From Hemiscyllium ocellatum (lineage: Eukaryota): a stretch of DNA of 64,000 nt. The position numbers and the translations under genes were made by a program. Within the stretch, counting starts at the first letter, position 1; each line of letters begins with the position of its first letter. The notes below the pieces were generated by a model. That model ran no database searches, was not told the origin of the DNA, and was given only the letters and a program-made list of their open reading frames with translations. Below, piece after piece: positions 37,205 through 47,679 of the stretch. The stretch is taken from the NCBI RefSeq assembly GCF_020745735.1, contig NC_083435.1, positions 36,729,090 through 36,793,089 on the forward strand. Reading direction: 5' to 3'.

Positions 37205-38040
37205 GGATCGTGATCAATTGGGCCAATGGGCTGAGGAGGAGCAGACGGAGTTTAATTTGGATGAAAGCGAAGTATTGTATTTTGGTAAAACAGACATAGG
37301 CCGGACTTGTACAGTTAATGACAGGGCCTTGGGTAATGCTGCTGAATAGAGAGACTGAGGGGCTCAGGTACATAGTTCTTTGAGAGATGCGTCACAGGTA
37401 GACAGATTGGTTAAGAAGCCGTGTAACGCACTTGCCTTCATTGCCCAGACTATCGAGTCTCGGAGTTGGGATGTCATGTTGAGGTTGTACAGGACATTGG
37501 TAAGGACATTTTGGAGTACTGTGTCCTGTTATGTTCACTCTGCTTTGGGAGGGATATTATTAAGTTGCAGAGGATTCAGATAATGATTTATCAGGAAGTT
37601 GCAGGAGTGGCGGGTTTGAATTATAAGGATAGGCTGGATAGGCTGGGATGTCTTTTTACTGGAGCGTCGGAAGGTAAAGGGAGACTTTATAAAGGTTTAT
37701 AAAATCATGAGGGACGTAGATAAAGTGAATAGCCTTTAGATGGGCGTGTTCAAAAGTAGGGTGCATATTTTAAGGTGAGAGGAGGAAGATTTAGAAGGGA
37801 CCTGAAGGACAACTTTTTCACCAGCGCAGGGTTTATGTGTGGAATGAGCTACCAGAGGAAGTGGTAAATGCAGGTGCAGCTACAGCATTGAAGAGACATT
37901 TGGACAGGTACATGAATGGGAAAGGTTTGGAGGGCTATAGGCCAAATGCAGGCAAGTGGGACTAGTTAGTTCGAGAAACTTGGTTGGCATGGCCGAGTTG
38001 GATGGAAGGGTCATTTTCCATGCTCTCTCACTGCCTGACT
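37205..38040 (+). mobile_element. 5'-truncated CR1
   Basis: ORF2 C-terminal remnants and 3'UTR. Confidence 0.85.
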
Positions 38041-38584
38041 CTCTGTGACCACATTCATCTCGAAGCGTAAGGGCAGCTGATACATGGGAAATCCCACCAC
38101 TTCAAGTTCCTCTCCAACCCACTCACCATCCTGATTTGGAAATATTTCACCAATTCTTCAGTCTCACTGGGTCAAAATCCCAGAGATCCCACCCCCCCCA
38201 AGAGTATTGTGGGTCAAGTGAAGCACATGAACTACACGTGGGCAATAAATACTGACCCAGCCAGTGATATCCGTCTACCACGAGTGAATACAAAAGGCAG
38301 TGCATCATAGTTAACCATCACACATTCATCTATCACTGTGTGTACAGCTACAGGAACAGTTTGGAAATGCTGTCGGAGGGTTACGTTTCCAGTCTCTCAG
38401 CACAGATGCAGGCTTCAGATGTGAAATCATTTAGACACATGAAATAATTCAAAGCCTAGCAACCTGGAGAATCTCTTAGAATAGAATAGACTATCCTTTA
38501 TTGTCACGTGTACTCCAACACAGAACTACACAACACAGTGTAAAGCTTTTAACAGCTGCCTTTAATAGTGCCATCTTTATGTTT

Positions 38585-38945
38585 GGGTGTCTCTGGAGAA
38601 GGAGCATGCAGTGTCTACCAGCACCCTGAGGTTTTCAGGGAGAGCTGGGTGCCACGGGGAGTGGAGTGCTTTATTTGCCCCTCCAACTCAATTTTGATTT
38701 AATCCCTGCGCCCCCCCCCCACTTCACTTTTTTGACCATGCAGCATTGCCGTCTGAGAAGGGCACGACTTGTCATTGGCCACTTGGACGTTTCCTCTCTT
38801 CCTGGTGGTGGGAATTGAATAAAGATTTGTATAGCTGTTGTGTCACACACACACACACACACACACACACCATGGGTGCTGGGGGGCGTACAGGCTCTAC
38901 CGCTGTTCGGCGGTGGGGTGGGGGAAATGAAAAAAAGGAGAAAAA
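38585..38945 (+). mobile_element. Tx1/L1-clade LINE 3' end
   Basis: VSLEKEHAVST..VECFICPSNSILI*, 3'UTR with AATAAA, (CA)n tract and A-rich end. Confidence 0.7.
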
Positions 38946-39204
38946 GATAGTGCCAGCTTCGGTACAAGTATCGAGGTACAAATCTTGCACAGTGAATCAA
39001 AACAGTGCAGCTACACAGTAAAATGGAATGTAAGTGAGCGGTGAACAGTGAAGAAGCCCAGAATTATGAGAAATGACCATGAGAGCTGAAGTCCCAGTCC
39101 ATGCCCACAGACTCCACAACACGAGTTCATGCTGCCTCCACGTGCCGGACTCCATCCAGGACTCACAGCAACGGCGCTCCAGGAATCACCCATTCGCTCC
39201 ACTC

Positions 39205-39900
39205 CGTGCCAGAACACAGCCCGTACTCACTCCATCCCGGGACACGGCCTGTGCTCACTCCATCCCGGGACACGGCCCGTGCTCACTCCATCCCGGGACA
39301 CGGCCTGTGCTCACTCCATCCCGGGACACGGCTCGTGCTCACTCTGTCTTGGGACACAGCCCGTGCTCACTCCATCCCGGGACACGGCCTGTACTCACTC
39401 TGTCCCCGGGACACGGCCCATGCTCACTCTGTCCCCAGGACACGGCCCATACTCACTCCATCCCAGGACATGGCCCGTTCTCACTCTAGCCCTGGACACG
39501 GCCCGTGTTCACTCCATCTCGGGACACGGCCATTGCACACTCCCCCCCACCCCCGGGACATGGCCCATGCTCACTCCACCCCGGGACACGGCCCGTGCTC
39601 ACTCCGCCCCAGGACACGGCCCGTGCTCACTCCGCCCCGGGACACGGCCCGTGCTCACTCCGCCCCGGGACACGGCCCGTGCTCACTCCGCCCCGGGACA
39701 CGGCCCGTGCTCACTCCGCCCCGGGACACGGCCCGTGCTCACTCCGCCCTGGGACACGGCCCGTGCTCACTCCGCCCTGGGACACGGCCCGTGCTCACTC
39801 CGCCCCGGGACACGGCCCGTGCTCACTCCGCCCTGGGACACGGCCTGTGCTCACTGCACCCTGGGACACAGCCTGTGCTCACTCTGCCCCGGGATACGGC
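39205..39900. repeat. 28-bp GC/CpG-rich minisatellite, about 25 copies
   Basis: Unit gtgctcactccgccccgggacacggccc. Confidence 0.95.
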
Positions 39901-39914
39901 CTGCCTGCTTTTTT

Positions 39915-40200
39915 TTGTGCGAAGGGGAGGGCAGGGACTAAATCAAAATAGAGTTGGAGGGGGAAACAATGCACTCCACTCCCTGCGGAGCCCACCTCTC
40001 CCTGCACAACTCCAGGGTGTTGGTGGACACCACGTGCTCCTTCTTCAAGGACACCTGGGCTCGAACGTAACCATGGAAGAGGGGCAGGCAGTCGCCCCTG
40101 AAGACCTCCTCCACGCCCGCTGCCTGGACCTGTTTATGGCCAGTTTGGCCAGGCTCAGGAGCAGACCCACAAGGAGGTCCTCGCACCTGCCCTACGGCCT
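39915..40200 (-). mobile_element. Tx1/L1-clade ORF2 C-terminus
   Basis: DCLPLFHGYVRAQVSLKKEHVVSTNTLELCRERWAPQGVECIVSPSNSILI*. Confidence 0.72.
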
Positions 40201-43200
40201 GCCTGCTTCCTGCTTGAATCCATGATCTGATTGGTGCCTGCTGCTCAGTGCAGAGGGCATCTCCCATCATGCTCTCTTGGTGACTGTGGGTGGGGTTTCA
40301 TCAGCCACTTGGGGCCAATATTAGAATCTATTGATCTCCTTGAGCAGAATTTATAAATCTTGGTCTTGGAACCCAGGGCCAGCACCCCACCTCCCAATAC
40401 TCCTCACCTCTGAATGGTATTTAAATACAAACATAAAGATTTCTGCTTTGATTGGTCTCACAGTGAATGAATATTTGCTTACATCCATGAACCCATGTTC
40501 TCAAGCACAGCAGGATCTGAAGTTGGGAAGTTGGGGGTCGGATAGGGGGTTTCAGGCGGTCATGGAGAATATTGCTGAACCAATGCACAGTCATCCAGAA
40601 TGTGTCCCTGTTTTGTGCTGAACAGAGATTCCTGCTCTCATCCTTGTGTTCCCCATTTCTCTCTCACTACCTCATATTGTACAGCACAACTGTTAAATCA
40701 GCAAACAAGAACTTTCACTATTGCTTGGAAATGATTCGGTATTCATTAAACCAAGCAGAACTTAAAGTTTTGCTGAATCTCTTTGGTCTGTTGTGGAAAA
40801 TGAAACTCTACAATCGGCATTTCAGGAAAACGGTTACCTTATGTTGGAAGAACAGAGTTAAAGTAAAATGTTTTGACACCTCATTGCTGAATCTCGGAGA
40901 CAGCAGCAGCACTCCCTGGACAAGTTCAGAAGGTTACTATCTGCAAACAGGATCATCAAGTGTCCACAGTAATTATTCCTTTCTTGCATCTGATCACAGT
41001 GTTTTTCCACATCCCAATACCAGTTAACGTGAGACTTTCAGTCACTGAAACAATCAGAGACTGACTACAATTCCCACCGAGGATGAGAGTCTGACCAGTG
41101 TTTCTGTTTTCTACCAGATACAATTATTACAGGAGCTGAGATCTCAGTGACAACCCTGGTCCATCCAGTCCGGATAGTGATTCTCCCACAGCTGAATCAC
41201 AGACAGCTCAGTGAAACAGACTGCTGTTTGTAAGTGATGGTTATGGGGATGATCTTCTACATTATTCTGAGACAGTGAGAGGGTGGCTGAATGTGATAAA
41301 AATCAGTGTAACAGTTTGAGATACCATTCAAGTGTTTGTGAAATATTTGTGGAAAAGTGTATAACTGTAAAGCATATATTATGCTTCAATGGATATGTGC
41401 TTGAGACAATCCGAAGTGAAAGCCAGTAAAACAGGAAAATGAGATATATCCATTGGATTCATCTTTTATACCTCCAGGTATGACCAGTTCATTTCCAGGT
41501 ATGTAACTGTTGTTCCTCTCTCTGAGTTATTCTGGTTATTTAGTAACATCAGCTTCTGAGTTGGGGGTTGCTCCTGCGTTGTGATGTATTAAACATGTTG
41601 AATCAGTACATTGCACTTCTCTGACAAATGTGACTGAGAGACTTCAGTTTTCTACTAACACTGTATCTGTTCTTCTTCAACACCTTTAGTCTGCTCCTGA
41701 GCAGAATGCCATCTTTTTGCAATTGTTGAATTTTCAACATTCTTCAATGTTGGCATTGTTATTCTGTCTGAATGTTCATTTCTGTGAAACGACCATGAAT
41801 CAGGAACGACTGACAGTTTTCCTGTTTTATACCAAGTGCTGTTGCTCCAGGAGGTGAGATCTTAGTGAAATCACTGCGTCTCTCCACCTACTACAGTGAT
41901 TTCCCACAGAGCTGGAACTTCATGTATGGATGAGTAGAATAATTTCATCTCAAGGGATCCTGTTGAAAGGGAGTATAACTGTCTGAGTATGAAGGTTCCT
42001 GGTGTATTATTGTGAGACAGCAAGAGTGTATGTGAGTGTGACAGTTGTGTGAGTATATCTCATTAAGTGTGTATGTATGTGTGTGAGACAATGTTTTTGG
42101 AAATGTAAATGACATTATATTGTACTTCCATGTGCGCAAACTTTCCTATAAAAGTCAGGAAGTTATGTTGTCATCAGAAAGGACACTGGTGTAACCACAT
42201 CTGCAGCTCTGGGTACAGTATTGGTCTTTCACGGAGGATGTAAAGGCATTGGAAAGAGTTCAGAGAAGGTTTACCAGACTAATACCTGGATTGGTCGGGT
42301 GACCTGATGACGAAAGGTTGGACAGGCTATGTCTGTATCTGCCGGAGTTGATATCTGCCTGTCAAGGCAACCTGATTGAAACAGATTCGATCCAGCGGGA
42401 TCTTGACAGATTGATTTGGAGGCGGTGTTTTCTCTGAAGGGAGAATTGAGAAGGAGGGATGACTCCTTAAAGTGAGGGGGACGTTCATTGAAATCAAAGA
42501 CCAGGTACATTTCTTTTTGTCTTGAAGGGTTCGTGAGGAACTGGAACTCTCTCACTGAAATGGCAGTGGAAACAACCCCTTGTGTATTTGTGAGTTGAAG
42601 GCAGAAGGATTCTTAGGGATAGAGAAAATTTTCCAACTTTTCCATGAAAAGCTGCAGAGAAGGAGGTGACAATGACCTGGTGCTGAGTTTCTGAGTGAGC
42701 ACACACACAGAAATACAGCAGCATCCTGAAGCTCAGTGACAGAGTGTGGAGTGATTCAGATTAAAGGGGGTGGGATTGAGCAGTTTCCTGCCTGTTGTGT
42801 ATAATATCTCCAAGGCAGGGTTTACTGACACCCACATTGCTTTGCAGCCTTACCTTCTCTCAGGAGCTGTCTCTGAGAGTTTGGGACTTTAGAACAATTT
42901 AAATCCTGGAAAGGCCACGTTTGCTGACACCTGGGCAGGTGCATTTAGACACAGTGAGTTCCAGGGGGATGGTGTGAGTAACTGGGAGGGTGTTCAGTTG
43001 TGGGGATGGGGGTGGGTGAGCTGAGTGATTGGATGCTTTCTATGTATGTGGTTGGTAGTGATCAGTTTTATATCTAAGTCAGTAGTTAGAGATGGTTTAA
43101 TTCCCTCTGTATTTTGCTGGCTAAAGTAAGTCAGTCAGAACCCTCTAATATCCCCAAAATCCGCTGAACAGTCGGGACCTTTCCCAATGGGTTTGTATGT

Positions 43201-43814
43201 TATGCAGAGACCCTCTGATATTCAGTTTCCTGGGCAGTTCCCGCACAGTCAGTGCATTCCCTCTTTCAGGATGTTCCAGTGGGTATCTTCCCATGTCTCC
43301 CCTTGAATGTTGTCCTGATCAGTTGCTGTGGGCGAGTGTCTAATGGCAGGGATTGTGGAGAGATCACTCCTTCTGGGCAGTAGCACTGCTTGCTTGGAAG
43401 GTTTTACTGACCCAATAATACTGTCTATTTCCTCTGGGATTTTCCAATCAGGAATTCCGGGCTGGGAATTCAGTAGCTGCAGGAGGTGGCCATTCAGCCC
43501 TGAAGATCATGGCTGGTCTGACTGAGGCATCAGCTCCACTTTGAGATCAGCCACATGATCAGATTGAATTTGTAGAGTAAATCAATACATCACAATTCAA
43601 ACTTCCTGGGGAATTACAGACTGGCTGTGTATTGTGTCAGGATTTCCAACAGGAGCATGGGATGAGGTTTTCCCTGATATCGGAGAATGGGATTGTTGTA
43701 TATTTGATGAGAGATTACCGAATCGACAATAAGTTTGAACAAGAAGTGGTTTGTCACATGTTGAGGATCTGTAGACAGTCTTCCATGTGGACCACTGTCT
43801 CCATTAGATCCAAC

Positions 43815-44112
43815 ATAGAAACCCCACAGTGTGGGAAACAGGCCCTTCAACCCTTCACATCAACCCTCTGAAGAGCATCCCCCTCCCAAACCCATTCCCC
43901 ATTACTCTACATTTAACCCCAGAATAACCTACACATCCCTGCACATCATGGGCAATAATCTTTGGATTGTGGGAGGAAACCAGAGCACCCGGAGGAAATA
44001 CATGCAGACATGGGGAGAATGTGCAAACTCCACACAGTCTCCCAAGGGTGGGATGGAATCTGGGTCCCTGGTGCTGTGGGGCAGCAGTGCTAATCACTGA
44101 GCCACCGTGCCA
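43815..44112 (-). mobile_element. tRNA-derived SINE
   Basis: Reverse strand gtggcacggtggctcagtgattagc head. Confidence 0.88.
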
Positions 44113-44145
44113 CCCCTAGAATCTATGGTGCATCTCACAAGTCGC

Positions 44146-44200
44146 TCTCTCTCTCTCTCCCTCTCTCTCTCTCCCTCCCTCTCTCTCTCTCTCTCTCTTG
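44146..44200. repeat. (CT)n microsatellite
   Basis: Direct reading. Confidence 0.9.
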
Positions 44201-44414
44201 CTCCCTCTTTCCCTCGTGGTCTCATATGTCCACAGTTGAGGTGTTACTCACACTGTACCAGAGAGTGACGCTTTCAAACCTTTGATCAAGGGCAGGGATT
44301 TTCTTTTAAACATGTTTGATAATTAGTCAAAGGAAAGTTCTGGAATGTGCCTTTGTAAAAGAAGTCAGGAGAAAGAAGCAGTTGTTTTTTGTTGCGGTTC
44401 ATCCAGAGCAACTC

Positions 44415-44690
44415 GATGAAGCAGGACTCTGTGCTCTATGGGCTGTTCCCTGGGCCACACACTGAGACAAACGTTGAGCGTACCTGCAGGACCATCAATT
44501 CAGTGAAAGATCTCTTTGGGGCCTTTGAGTTGCCCCTGACCAAGTGTTGCTGACTGGCATATTCCAAGGTCCAAGGACTACGTGCTGAGGGATCACTAAA
44601 GCTTGAGGCAGATGCTGTCAAGGCACGGTGAGGAAAGACCACTATCTGAGGTCTTTCTGCCAAAGTTTAATGGGGGTTCGTTCAGTTACC
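44415..44690 (+). mobile_element. Tx1/L1-clade 3' end, second subfamily
   Basis: DSVLYGLFPG..TETN..TINSVKD..CC..AYSKVQ..YVLRD..KTTI* across frameshifts. Confidence 0.65.
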
Positions 44691-45539
44691 AGATCCACTG
44701 GTGCTTCATATGCAAGTTAATATAGTTTTGTACAGTAAGAGATACCTTTGGTTTATTTGTTGGATAGAATCAAACTCCAATGTTTGTTTTTTTCCTTCAC
44801 ATGCTGTTTTACAGAACAGAACTGTATTTGTGATTATGTGTGTATAAAGAAGTATTTTTTTATGAGTAAAGCATACTTTTGAATGAGAACATATAAAAGG
44901 CCTAATGCCTTGGTTGAGGCTGTGACTGGGAGAATATATCTCTCTATCCTTCACAAAGATGTTGTTGCTGTTATACTGCCAGAGGAGGTAGGTAAGACCC
45001 TGGCTGGACGGCAAGTTGAAACAGTTATGTTAGAAAGGCTGGGCTGTAATTTATGTTGATAAATCATCAGGACTGAATGATTTTGCATCCAAGGTTTCTG
45101 ATGGAAGACAGTAGAAATTGCAGAGGCTCCGATCAGTATTTCTCAATCTCTACAAAGACATTGAGGTGCCAGAGGATTGGGGAATTGTAAATGTTTCTCT
45201 AGAAGCCCAGAGATTCAGAATGGTTATGGTGTAGAAGGAGGCCCTTCAGCCCATCCTGTTTGCAATGCCTCCCTGTTCAGTCTAACTTATCTCCTGCCTT
45301 TTTCCCATATCTCTGCACATTATTTCCATTCAAACCATCCGATACCCTCTTGTCTGTCTCAATTAATCCCGTCTCCACCATACTTTTAAAAGTGCATTCC
45401 ATTCCCTCACGATTTACGGTGTGTAATTACTTTACTTATCTCATTTTTGCTTCTTTTTCAAAATCACTTTAAAACTGGGCACTCTGGGTCTTTATTTATA
45501 TGTGTGTGTGAAAACAGATTCTCCCTACTCATTCTATTC

Positions 45540-46095
45540 AGACCACTCTTTTGGAATACTGTGTACAATTCTGGTCACCCATTTATAGGAAGGATGTTGT
45601 TAAACTTGAGAGAGTGTAGAAAAATTTTACAAGGAAGTTGCCAGGACTGGAGGGTTAGGCCTATCAGGACAGGCTGAATAGACTGGGGCTGTTTTCCCTG
45701 GAGCATCAGAGACTGAGGGGTGACCTGATAGAGGTTTATAAAAACATGAGGAGAATTGATAGAATGAACAGCCAAGGTCTTTTTCCTTGGCTGGGGGAGT
45801 GCAAAACCAGAGGGCATAGGTTTGAGGTGAGAGAGGAAAGACGTAAAAAGGATCTGAGGGGTGATATTTTCAAGCAGAGGGTGGTGCATGTCTGAAGTGA
45901 GCCACCAGAGGAAGTGGAGGAAGCAAGTAAATTTAGAACATTTAAAAGGCATCTGTATGGTTGGATGAATGAGAAGGAGTTAGAGGGATACGGGCCAACT
46001 GCTAGCAAATGGGAGTAGGTCAGATTGGGCCGTCTGGTTGGTGTGGATGAGTTGGACCGAAGGATCTGTTTCCATGCTGTACAGCTCTATGACCC
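45540..46095 (+). mobile_element. 5'-truncated CR1
   Basis: ORF2 end and tail ctctatgaccctatg. Confidence 0.88.
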
Positions 46096-46209
46096 TATGT
46101 ACCTCGCGAGTTTGTAAACTTTGATCAAATCTCTTCTTGGTTTTCATTTCTCCAGGGTAAAATGGTTCCAACATCTCCAATCTCTCCTTCTAGCTGGACA
46201 GAATATAAA

Positions 46210-47665
46210 CAAAAACACAGAGAATTACCAAATGATTAATAAGGAGAGAAAAAAAAATAGAGTATGAGAAAGTTACCCAAAAATATCAAAACAGATAGGA
46301 GAGGTTTCTTTAAATGTTTATCAGAAATTTAACAATATCAGTGTGGGTCCTGTACAAACTGAGTCTGGGGAGTTAGTAATGGAGGATCAGGAAATAGCAG
46401 ACAAATTGAACAAATATTTTACATCGATCTTTGCAAAAGAGGATACAAGTGACATCCCAAACAAAGCTATAAATCAGGAATGGTGAGGGTGGGTGAAATG
46501 CAAGAAAACTATAATTACCTCAATGGAATACTAAGTAAGCTGCTGGAACTGGGAGATGACAAGTCCCAGGCCCTAATGAATGTTACTCTTGGGTCTTAAA
46601 AGAAGTAGCTTGTGAGAAAATTAATGCGATCGTTTTCATTTTCGCAAACTCATTAAATTTAGGGAAGATGCTCTTACATTGCAAAGTTGCAATTATAGCT
46701 CCTTTATACAAAACGGGGGGAGGCGAAAAGCAGGAAATTATGCTAACGAAAGTGAGCTTAACAACTGTCATAGAGATAATGTTAGAAGGTATTATTAAAG
46801 ATTGTATAACAGGGCACTTTGGATTCATTCAAGACAATCAGGCAGAACCATAACATCTTTGTCAAAGGGAAATCAAGTTTAACTGATTTATTGGAGTTAT
46901 TTGAAGAAGTAATTTATGCTGCAGAGAAAAGGGAACCAGTAGATGTATTCAGATATCCAGAAAGTATTTAATAAGGATCACATCAAAAGATATTGCAGAT
47001 TGTAAACTCTTCTGGCGTCAGGTGTATCATATTGGTTTAGACAGAAGAGCGGCTGGCTAACAGGAATCAGAGAGTAGGGAATAAGTGGGACTTTTTCAGG
47101 GCGGAAGTGGGTACTGCAGATGCTGGAGATTAGAGTCAAGATCAGAGTGGTGCTGGAAAAGCACAGCAGGTCAGGCAGCATCCGAGGAGCAGGGAAATCG
47201 ACGCTTCAGGCAAAAACCCTTCTTCAGGAATTCCAAAATGTCAACTTTCCTGCTCCTCAGATGTTGGCTGACCTGCTGAGCTTTTCCAGCACCACTCTGG
47301 TCTTTTTTCAGCCTGGCATGATATCATTAACGGTGTGCCATAGGGTCATTGCCAGCATCTCAACTGTTTACAATTGGTATTCATGATGTGGATCAAGGGA
47401 TCAAAGGTATGGCAGCTAAGTTTGCTGATGATACAAGAAAAGGAGACAAAAGGAACCTACAAGGGGTGTAGATAATTTAAGTGAGCGGGCAATGATTTGG
47501 CAAATGGAGTGCACTGTGGGAAAGTGTGAAACTGTCCAGTTTGACAGCAAGAATTAAAAGAGTATGTATCTAATGTTGTGAGGGATCCTAGAGTGCTGAA
47601 GTGAAAGCGAAATGGTGTCTCGGTGCATGAATCAGAGAAGGTTAGTCGACAGGCACAGCAAGTAA
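46210..47665 (+). mobile_element. Decayed CR1 ORF2 fragment interrupted by a Penelope-derived inverted repeat
   Basis: Parallels 25.9-27.4 kb element (ggtggg..gactttttcagg, aagtttgctgatgataca). Confidence 0.75.
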
Positions 47666-47679
47666 TCAGGAAAACTAAT

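Noticed and set aside
39011-39217. Leader exon of the class I gene (LSWSFLIILGFFTV)
   Set aside because: No splice donor on the - strand after the hydrophobic stretch
39073-40225. Long ORFs (138-374 aa) over the 28-bp repeat
   Set aside because: The unit lacks stops in several frames; translations are just the repeat
43190-43470. Death-domain-like remnant on the - strand
   Set aside because: Needs a frameshift and spacing does not fit; chance resemblance likely
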